Below, piece by piece: positions 1 to 6,074 of a stretch of DNA of 8,346 nt. Origin of the DNA: Paramicrosporidium saccamoebae KSL3 (lineage: Eukaryota; Fungi; Cryptomycota). Numbering within the stretch: position 1 is the stretch's first letter; every line of letters starts with the position of its first letter. The notes under the pieces are model-generated. The model worked only from the letters and a program-made list of their open reading frames with translations, did no database searches and was not told where the DNA came from. The stretch lies in the NCBI GenBank assembly GCA_002794465.1, contig MTSL01000012.1, forward strand, positions 1 through 8,346, in the 5' to 3' direction. The position numbers and the translations under genes were made by a program.

Positions 1-281
1 TGTGTTGCAGCATGACGGTCCACACAGTTTGCTGCCACATTCAGTTGGCCGTCCCGAAACCATTCCGTCTTCCCCGCCGCAAAGTCGCCACTAAAGCCCA
101 CCGTCGGCTCCCTCTCCCACTGCAGATACTGTCGTGCTTGGTCAAGCCAGAAGCTGTCCCGGTCCTCGCTTACCGCCGTCTGCAGCTTCTCGTAGGCAGC
201 TCGACTTGCTACATGAGCGCCTCGCGACGCCACCCGTTCCGGCACTGCGTATATGCATTCTTGCGTCTGGTCCTCCGACAT
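1..281 (-). CDS. ACS: Acetyl-CoA synthetase (acetate-CoA ligase, Acs1/Acs2/FacA family), N-terminal ~93 aa; 3'-partial, continues beyond the left edge
   Basis: Manual translation of the minus strand from ATG at 281: MSEDQTQECIYAVPERVASRGAHVASRAAYEKLQTAVSEDRDSFWLDQARQYLQWEREPTVGFSGDFAAGKTEWFRDGQLNVAANCVDRHAAT. It is open to the edge and has the ACS N-terminal signatures Y..L....D...FW...A...L.W and WF.DG.LN...NCVDRH. Confidence 0.92.
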   Translation of the reverse strand, partial: MSEDQTQECIYAVPERVASRGAHVASRAAYEKLQTAVSEDRDSFWLDQARQYLQWEREPTVGFSGDFAAGKTEWFRDGQLNVAANCVDRHAAT

Positions 282-720
282 TAAGAAACAGTACAGAACT
301 ACCACCGCACAAGGGAGAAAAAATATCACGTCTTTCAGCTTGCACGCTAGCCTGGGCTGTTAAAGGTGTGCATTACCATGCAAAATAATAGTGGTCGGTT
401 GTTTATTAGACAGGTGAGAGATTTGGTGAAAGGAATGCGAAAAGTTTGACTACCAACCAGTAATGAATAAATTTCCTCTTGCGTAACAAAACAAGTGCAT
501 CCGTGTGGGATTCCTCCCCCATGTTATGTAGCGGTGATACTATGTACTGTTACTACTATTTGTTCGGGCGGCAAGGGAAATCTTTTATTACCATTAGGTA
601 GTTTCAGATACGAGCTGCCGTGTTCCCTATGCAGCCGGTCGATTCACCCATCCGAGCCCATGACAAGCCGACGGAAATTGACCTGTTGTTACACATGGGC
701 AGTACCGGCGACCGGGGACG

Positions 721-1809
721 ATGCGCTCCATGCTTCTAGTCACACTTTGTGTCCTCTCCTTTGCCTCAGTCTCTTTCTCTGCACTGGTCTTTGGCGATCG
801 TTTCGGTTCCATTCCCCTGGGACAGGAAGAACTCACTGCTTTTGCTTATACGCTGCAGACAAATGAACATCAAGTTGGGCTATATCTGGACTCACAACAT
901 ATTTTAGTAGAAGGGACGAATTTTTTCACAGTGATCTTGGGCTCTCAAACTAGGTTGCTTTCACCAGGCGAGACAGATATCCTGCACCATGGTGAGCAGA
1001 TCGCCGTGATGGGTATACTTGCGGAAAATATCACGAAAGAACACATTTGGGCCGTAGTGTCTCAGATATCCAGTTTGGAATTGCTAATTCACAATCTCTC
1101 TCGCCTCAGGAATGAGGTTTTTGTGTTTGGATTCAATATTGCGACCAGTTCTTTTCCCGAAGCTCAACTTTCTCCCCCGCCCCTTCAACTTTCTCTCCCT
1201 GTCATTCAGCTCTCCCCCACCAACCATTGGAGTCGCGGACACAAGCGTCCCTATGACGACGGAGGCGTTTCCCCTGTGCTGAAACGTGTCAGACTTGTTG
1301 ATCTTGTCATTCAGGACAGACGTTTTTACTGCAATTATGCAAACACCAGAATTGATCAAGACGATACTTGCGTGAATATTGAAGTCAATTTTGGCACTTA
1401 CACCGCCTCTGCCTCTGCCAAGCTGACTGGACGAGGCATGACCCTTACATGCAAAGGTGGTGCCAATATCCTTGTGCTTCATGATGGACAAGTTCAAGAG
1501 GGAAGCATCATGCCCGCCAAAGAGAATTTTCCAGATTTTGATTTCAACCAAGAAACAGTGACTTTGATGTCTTCGTATGATGAGATGACTAGGAGTGTTG
1601 AGGCTTTATATGGAGATGTTGTTGTGATCCTTGTGCCCTACAGTAATGACAGCAACAACCAACTTGTGACATTGGCGGGTGCTCAACAACTGTTGGGGAA
1701 TCCCAAGGATGCTTTGGCCAATTTCGACAAGTTTAGTGCTAAATTCTGTGGCGATAAAGTCATTGCATTCGTGTTCGTTGTGAAGCCGCGCAAACAAGAT
1801 GACTATTAA
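721..1809 (+). CDS. Hypothetical secreted protein, paralogue A (362 aa): signal peptide, domain 1, Pro-rich heptad linker, bipartite NLS, domain 2
   Basis: Long ORF. The N-terminus MRSMLLVTLCVLSFASVSFS is a classical signal peptide (basic n-region, hydrophobic core, small residues at -3/-1). It is collinear and homologous to the 2132..3355 ORF. No known family recognised with confidence. Confidence 0.85.
   Translation: MRSMLLVTLCVLSFASVSFSALVFGDRFGSIPLGQEELTAFAYTLQTNEHQVGLYLDSQHILVEGTNFFTVILGSQTRLLSPGETDILHHGEQIAVMGILAENITKEHIWAVVSQISSLELLIHNLSRLRNEVFVFGFNIATSSFPEAQLSPPPLQLSLPVIQLSPTNHWSRGHKRPYDDGGVSPVLKRVRLVDLVIQDRRFYCNYANTRIDQDDTCVNIEVNFGTYTASASAKLTGRGMTLTCKGGANILVLHDGQVQEGSIMPAKENFPDFDFNQETVTLMSSYDEMTRSVEALYGDVVVILVPYSNDSNNQLVTLAGAQQLLGNPKDALANFDKFSAKFCGDKVIAFVFVVKPRKQDDY
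1162..1224 (+). repeat. 3 x 21-bp coding tandem repeat (AQLSPPP / LQLSLPV / IQLSPTN)
   Basis: gctcaactttctcccccgccc / cttcaactttctctccctgtc / attcagctctcccccaccaac. Confidence 0.75.
1243..1293 (+). other. Bipartite nuclear localisation signal motif in paralogue A (KR-PYDDGGVSPVL-KRVR)
   Basis: Fits KR-x(10-12)-K[KR]x[KR] with an 11-residue spacer. The equivalent motif is retained in paralogue B. Confidence 0.65.
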
Positions 1810-2131
1810 ATGTGTGGTGTAGAGAATTCAATAAACGCAGTGATTAGTTGCATCCGTAAAGTAGTAATAGGCATTAGTGGCAGAATTTAATCCTTAGTGC
1901 CGATGAGTCAGCTGCCCCGTTCATCGCGAGCTTTGACTCGCGTGACAAGAATAAGAATAATAAAACACCCAACATGAGACAGGCAGTTGCAGTTTTTTTG
2001 CCACGGTATGGATTCAAAGCTGCACTCGGACCGGCACGGTCTAGAGTTTGGTAGTCATCAATCCATGGGCGGTATACGGACCAATAGAATTGATCTTTTA
2101 CGTTACACATGGCCAATGCCGTCAACCGGGG

Positions 2132-3355
2132 ATGATGCGCTTCATACTTTTCACTACACTTTGTGTTCTCTCCTTTGCCTCAGTGTCTTTTTCTGCACTG
2201 ATATTTGGTGAACGTATCGGTTTTATTCCACCGGGACAGGAAGAACTCACTACTTCCACTTATACGCTGCAGACAGATGAGCACAAAGTTCAAGTGGAAC
2301 TGTACCTGGCCCCACAGGCTATTCACGTTCAAGGGGGAAGTTTTTTCACAGTGATTTTTGGCACCCAAACGATGGTACTATCACCTGGCGAGACACAGCC
2401 TCTACAGTCGGGCGATTCGGTCGCTGTAATCGGGTCACTTGTAGAAGGGATTACGAAAGAGCAAATTTGGACCGCAGTTAGAAGCTTTCCCAACTCGGAA
2501 GCACTGATTTTCGACCTAAATTTCCACCATCAAAAGAGCGTGTTTGCGTTTGGATTCAAAATTTTCAAACAACCTCTCCTTGACCCTCAGTTTCCTCTCC
2601 CTGGTCCTCAGGATCCTTATACTGACATTCATCTTGCATTTACTGGCATTCAACTTACATCCGTTGACTCTCAAGATCCCTCCACTGACATTGTGCTTAC
2701 ACCCACCGGCTCTCAGGGTCCTTCCACTGATATCGTGCTTACACTCACTAACAACCCTTGGTTTGACAAAAACCCTCTTCCCTACCCTGATGATCGTTCC
2801 TCTGCGATGAAACGTCACGAACGCCCCTATGACGGGGATCTTCCTGCAGCGAAGCGCCACAGACCTGACAAAGTTGCCTTCCAAGAAGTCCAAGTTTCCA
2901 ACTTTACTGGCAACGGGTTTATGACCCAAAATAGCCAAGTTGTGAGCATCAATGTCCCCGAAATTGGTTCAAAACCATCTGCGGTGATAGAACTAAACAA
3001 CGAGATTATGACCTTTATGTGTCAGGGCGGTGTCCAAATCTTCATATTCCGTGACGGAGAGATACACGAGGCGAGTAGCATACTAATCAAACGGTTTCCC
3101 GATATTAGACTGTCCATGGACAGTGGGGCCTTGACAGAAGTCTATGGGCCGGACTTTAAATCTATTGAAATCCAGCATGGTGATGCCTTAGTGATATTCT
3201 TGCCGGGTCACAGGGATATTACACTGGACAGACTGTTGGAGGCCGTTAACTATTTGAATAGCGCGCGGAGCCCTCTAACCAACTATCAGCATCTTGCCTA
3301 CGAATATCCAGACGATGGAATCTGCGTGTTTGTGTCCGTTAGTCGTGGGCCTTAA
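2132..3355 (+). CDS. Hypothetical secreted protein, paralogue B (407 aa from ATG 2132; ATG 2135 aligns with the start of paralogue A)
   Basis: The ORF track starts at a non-ATG codon (2048). The likely start is MMRFILFTTLCVLSFASVSFSAL, a signal peptide sharing 15 identical residues (TLCVLSFASVSFSAL) with paralogue A. Hand alignment gives about 55-60% identity over the first ~140 aa and about 25% in the C-terminal domain. Confidence 0.85.
   Translation: MMRFILFTTLCVLSFASVSFSALIFGERIGFIPPGQEELTTSTYTLQTDEHKVQVELYLAPQAIHVQGGSFFTVIFGTQTMVLSPGETQPLQSGDSVAVIGSLVEGITKEQIWTAVRSFPNSEALIFDLNFHHQKSVFAFGFKIFKQPLLDPQFPLPGPQDPYTDIHLAFTGIQLTSVDSQDPSTDIVLTPTGSQGPSTDIVLTLTNNPWFDKNPLPYPDDRSSAMKRHERPYDGDLPAAKRHRPDKVAFQEVQVSNFTGNGFMTQNSQVVSINVPEIGSKPSAVIELNNEIMTFMCQGGVQIFIFRDGEIHEASSILIKRFPDIRLSMDSGALTEVYGPDFKSIEIQHGDALVIFLPGHRDITLDRLLEAVNYLNSARSPLTNYQHLAYEYPDDGICVFVSVSRGP
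2606..2752 (+). repeat. Coding tandem repeat: three 42-bp units plus one 21-bp half-unit (7 heptads)
   Basis: PQDPYTDIHLAFTG / IQLTSVD / SQDPSTDIVLTPTG / SQGPSTDIVLTLTN. DNA units: tctcaagatccctccactgacattgtgcttacacccaccggc and tctcagggtccttccactgatatcgtgcttacactcactaac. Confidence 0.85.
2810..2863 (+). other. Bipartite nuclear localisation signal motif in paralogue B (KR-HERPYDGDLPAA-KRHR)
   Basis: Fits KR-x12-KRxR and shares the RPYD core with paralogue A. Confidence 0.65.
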
Positions 3356-3889
3356 TGGCTTGACTTGTGCACTATCAGCAACGGACGAGACTCGACCGCT
3401 TCCATATTTCGCATACTAGCACGTAGCGATCGGATACATATAGTAATCAGTCACGATCTCGAGCATTTAGCAAGCACAATCAAGAGTCTGACAACTGTTA
3501 ATCGACTACATTACTATGCAAAGTAGTAGAGCGATTGATTTTTCGTCAGGAATCGACCAAATAAATTGATGCAATCCCTTTTCCTATTTAGATGACAATG
3601 ATGAGGTTTGTAGTAGATCCTTTGTGCTTGGTACATGAAAATACCAACATAGAGAGTCTATAATGACCAAGGCTATGATAGATTTAAATAATCTACCTAC
3701 GTGCCAGAGAGAAATCATAGTATATCTACATACCAGAGAAAGTATTTGCTTTCAACCTCATGGTAGTTGTTCTATTAAATGACAACACCCACTCATAACG
3801 CGTAGTAACATCCGTAGTACGCGATAATACGCCCCCTAGCACCCTCATCAACACATATATAACGTCTTGTATTAAATATGTTAGCATGC

Positions 3890-4486
3890 TCACTTGCCGA
3901 TAACAATACCATCAAACTTGGTCTTGAACCAGTTGACGGCGTCCTCCTTAATAACACGGTGATGGATTCCAACGGTACCCACCGCACGGCGACGCTTAGC
4001 AACGCGCTTTCCGGGGCGGGCAAGGACTACGTAAAAGTCCATTCCGTAGATACCAATGCTCGGGTCATACTTGATTCCCAAGTCAATGTGTTCCTGGATA
4101 CCGAAACCAAAGTTGCCAGTGTTTGAAAAGTTGGCACCCTTCAGTTCGTATTCCTTCACCTTCAGACCGCGTTCCAGAATTTCCAGAGCCTTGGGTCCGC
4201 GCACAGTGCAGTGCACCGCAATCTTTTCATTGCGACGGATACCAAACGAGCGCACAGTGTAGCGCGCCTTTGAGTATACGGGGGCCTGTCCAGTCAGCTG
4301 CTCCAGCACCTTGGCCGCACGGGTCAGACGATCGCCTGACTCACCAACACAAATGTTCACACAGAGCTTTTCGATGCGGATGTCGCGCATGGGGTTGCTG
4401 GTCTTTGATTCCTACACCGTTAGTATCCTTAAACGTCGTCGGCGGCGCCAGCCGATGGATGGATGGCGCACACCTGGATGTACCAT
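3890..4486 (-). CDS. RPL11: 60S ribosomal protein L11 (uL5), 174 aa; exons 4486..4484 (ATG) and 4411..3890
   Basis: Canonical eukaryotic uL5 sequence ([34 protein letters not shown]...[16 protein letters not shown]...[26 protein letters not shown]). Splicing restores the N-terminus [10 protein letters not shown] with the start context CAAAATG. Confidence 0.97.
4412..4483 (-). other. 72-nt phase-0 spliceosomal intron directly after the RPL11 start codon
   Basis: Donor GTACAT, perfect branch site TACTAAC (4425..4419), acceptor GGTGTAG. Removal gives an in-frame product. Confidence 0.9.
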
Positions 4487-4507
4487 TTTGACTTGCTCAA
4501 GGAACGG

Positions 4508-4559
4508 CCCTCCCACCCCGGTCAACTACATGGATGTAGTCAACCCGCAGGGTCGACCC
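4508..4559 (-). promoter_or_regulatory. Compact RPL11 proximal promoter with palindromes and repeated GTCRAC
   Basis: Lies in the 130-bp gap between the zinc-finger stop and the RPL11 ATG. Contains actacat-gg-atgtagt (4525-4540), gggtcgaccc (4550-4559) and a C-rich ccctcccacccc tract. Confidence 0.45.
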
Positions 4560-4616
4560 GATCACAACCAAATCCATAATATTATTACAACCAGAGCCAA
4601 ATATATTATATACACA

Positions 4617-4952
4617 CTAATGTTTCGGATTAAGCAGGTTTGTAATTGACATCTTGTCGTGCTTGTCTCGTCGTCTTGACGTCACTCTCGAGTGCGTTTT
4701 CACATGGCGCTGCAGCTCATCTATTCTGGAGAAGCGGCTGGTACATCCTGGATAGTCGCACTCGAACGGCTTCTCGCCCGTGTGCACCCGTATATGTCGT
4801 TGAAGGTGTTCGTCGCGGAAGAAGGCCCGGCCGCAGTCTGGAATCGGACAACAGAAGGAGCGAGAAGAGTTTCGGACGGGCTCTGGAAATGGCGCAGCGC
4901 CAACCGGAAGAGCAATAACGATTGGTGAAGGTAAGGAACGGTACGTTAGCAT
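4617..4952 (-). CDS. Mig1/CreA-type two-finger C2H2 zinc-finger transcription factor (111 aa from first ATG)
   Basis: CPIPDCGRAFFRDEHLQRHIRVH-TGEKPFE-CDYPGCTSRFSRIDELQRHVKTH. The base-contacting residues R-E-H-R and R-D-E-R match Mig1/CreA fingers 1 and 2. C-terminal MSITNLLN motif. The ORF track start at 4982 is TTG; the first ATG is 4952. Confidence 0.88.
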   Translation of the reverse strand: MLTYRSLPSPIVIALPVGAAPFPEPVRNSSRSFCCPIPDCGRAFFRDEHLQRHIRVHTGEKPFECDYPGCTSRFSRIDELQRHVKTHSRVTSRRRDKHDKMSITNLLNPKH

Positions 4953-4983
4953 GGAGACAGAGCGCGGGTGGCGACAACACAAT

Positions 4984-5013
4984 CTAGTTGCGACTCTCCA
5001 AAAACATTGTCAT
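4984..5013 (-). other. Short upstream ORF (MTMFLESRN*) ending 31 nt before the zinc-finger ATG
   Basis: ATG ACA ATG TTT TTG GAG AGT CGC AAC TAG, out of frame with the main CDS. It functions only if it lies inside the transcript, which is unknown. Confidence 0.3.
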
Positions 5014-5032
5014 CCTAAATTCGCGAGATCTT

Positions 5033-5037
5033 ATTGG
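5033..5037 (-). promoter_or_regulatory. CCAAT box upstream of the zinc-finger gene
   Basis: AGCCAATAAG on the minus strand about 80 nt upstream of ATG 4952, matching the HAP/NF-Y consensus context. Short motif. Confidence 0.35.
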
Positions 5038-5110
5038 CTACGAGCATTGCCTGTTTCGGTACGGATGATAGTTGCTGCGCAATGGCGTAAAGTCTCGACG
5101 ACCGGGTTAG

Positions 5111-5240
5111 AGGTGGGAGCGTTTAGTTATGAAAAGCGATTGTAAGGTATGTTTAAATATGAGAGAGGGTTACAAGGCATGTTTAGTTGTGAGGGATGAT
5201 TGTGGGGCATGACTATTGTCGGATTAAACGGCATGGCGCA
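5111..5240. repeat. Degenerate 30-bp-period tandem repeat (about 4 units) overlapping a 35-aa minus-strand ORF (5234..5127)
   Basis: GTTTA recurs at 5121, 5151 and 5181. aaggtatgttta (5144), aaggcatgttta (5174) and ggggcatgacta (5204) are spaced exactly 30 nt apart. Confidence 0.6.
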
Positions 5241-5855
5241 AGCGTGGCCAATGAACGGATACAACGATGGAAGCGTGATGAAGGAGGGATGAATTGGCCA
5301 GCTAGGTTAATGAGAGCTGGTAATTCTTGTTGTCAATGCTGAATCAGTGAGAGAGGGGGGGGTCTTCGTTACTTTTGTTGGGACTGGAAGGAAACTTTAA
5401 CTCTCATATTGTTCTTCTTTGGGCTCACCAGTATAACCTGATTACCCACCTAGACATGCAAAAAGATGGTTCATTTCTTCTGTTTAGTTTTTGTGCTGTA
5501 ATTAGCAGATCTACAAGAAAGAACTAGCTATTCATTCCACAACCTTACACTACTGACACGTGCTAGTGGGAACGACCACCAATCACTCTTCTGCCTTACG
5601 TCATTACTTTACGACCATAGAAAGACCAATAGCCAAGACATTTGTTACTTTCGATAGCCAAACAGTTCAATATAGTCTATTTTCCAATTTGCACTCACTC
5701 AACTATGTAGGTTTTGTCTATGACGCCGAGTTTACAAGGATGACCGGCACTTTGCATTAGCTGGTTGATCTACCACGGAACAAAAACTTTAATGTTACAA
5801 CCATAATGCTATGATGCGGCTTCATCCTAAAAATTCTAGCCACCAGGATGAACGC

Positions 5856-6074
5856 TCATTCTACCACTACGTTCTTGGCCGCCAGTTCAGGACAGAGCTC
5901 TGTGAATTTCTCCAGCAAGAAACGCCTCTCCAGACGGAGTCGGGCAAGGTGTCTCGTCGACCTTGCAAGTCTTGCCTGCAGTTGTTCATTCTCCTAATGC
6001 TCAGCATCGTCTCGCCGACCTACCTGTTCTGTCTCCCGGATTTTCCGCTTCAACTCGACAGTCTTGGTGTCCAT
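5856..6074 (-). CDS. Small coiled-coil protein resembling the INO80F/TFPT - Nhp10 N-terminal (or INO80E) coiled coil, 62 aa; exons 6074..6024 and 5993..5856
   Basis: Spliced translation: MDTKTVELKRKIRETEQ|ENEQLQARLARSTRHLARLRLERRFLLEKFTELCPELAAKNVVVE*. The pattern ELK.KI.E.E.EN..L..RL.R....L..LRLER.FLLE matches my recollection of this INO80 accessory coiled coil. The family call needs an HMM check. Confidence 0.75.
5994..6023 (-). other. 30-nt phase-0 mini-intron
   Basis: GTAGGTCGGCGAGACGATGCTGAGCATTAG: donor GTAGGT, variant branch GCTGAG, acceptor TAG. Removal fuses two halves of a continuous heptad pattern. Confidence 0.8.

Noticed and set aside
12-388. ORFs 12..284(+), 134..388(+) and 142..345(-)
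   Set aside because: They are shadows of the ACS reading frame on the minus strand and contain no recognisable motifs.
495-866. ORFs 495..866(+) and 627..836(-), and their counterparts 1987..2211(+) and 1874..2125(-)
   Set aside because: Non-ATG or out-of-frame overlaps of the secreted genes. Their mutual similarity just reflects the DNA duplication.
3356-3889. Several 6-bp inverted repeats (3628-3647, 3679-3695, 3799-3823), a weak 29-bp direct repeat (3697/3726) and an ATGATGA C-box (3598)
   Set aside because: Stems this short are expected by chance in AT-rich DNA, and no CTGA D-box follows, so a snoRNA is unsupported. It reads as a convergent terminator region.
3793-4649. Antisense or alternative-frame ORFs over RPL11 (3793..4023, 3878..4126, 4056..4262, 4123..4491, 4311..4649)
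   Set aside because: They overlap a highly conserved gene and have no independent coding signal.
4883-4950. GCTAAC just after the zinc-finger ATG plus TTTCCAG, as a possible intron 3' end
   Set aside because: The branch-to-AG distance (about 60 nt) is far longer than in the two supported introns. The best donor (GTAACC) would create an in-frame TAG, and the other donors are poor.
5127-5129. TAA at a Gln-equivalent repeat position suggesting TAR=Gln reassignment, as in some aphelids
   Set aside because: Four genes here end in TAA and one in TAG at sensible domain ends, and no conserved CDS has internal TAA or TAG. The standard code fits.
5147-5152. Perfect GTATGT donor on the plus strand
   Set aside because: No matching branch/acceptor or plausible exon nearby; it lies within the 30-bp repeat.
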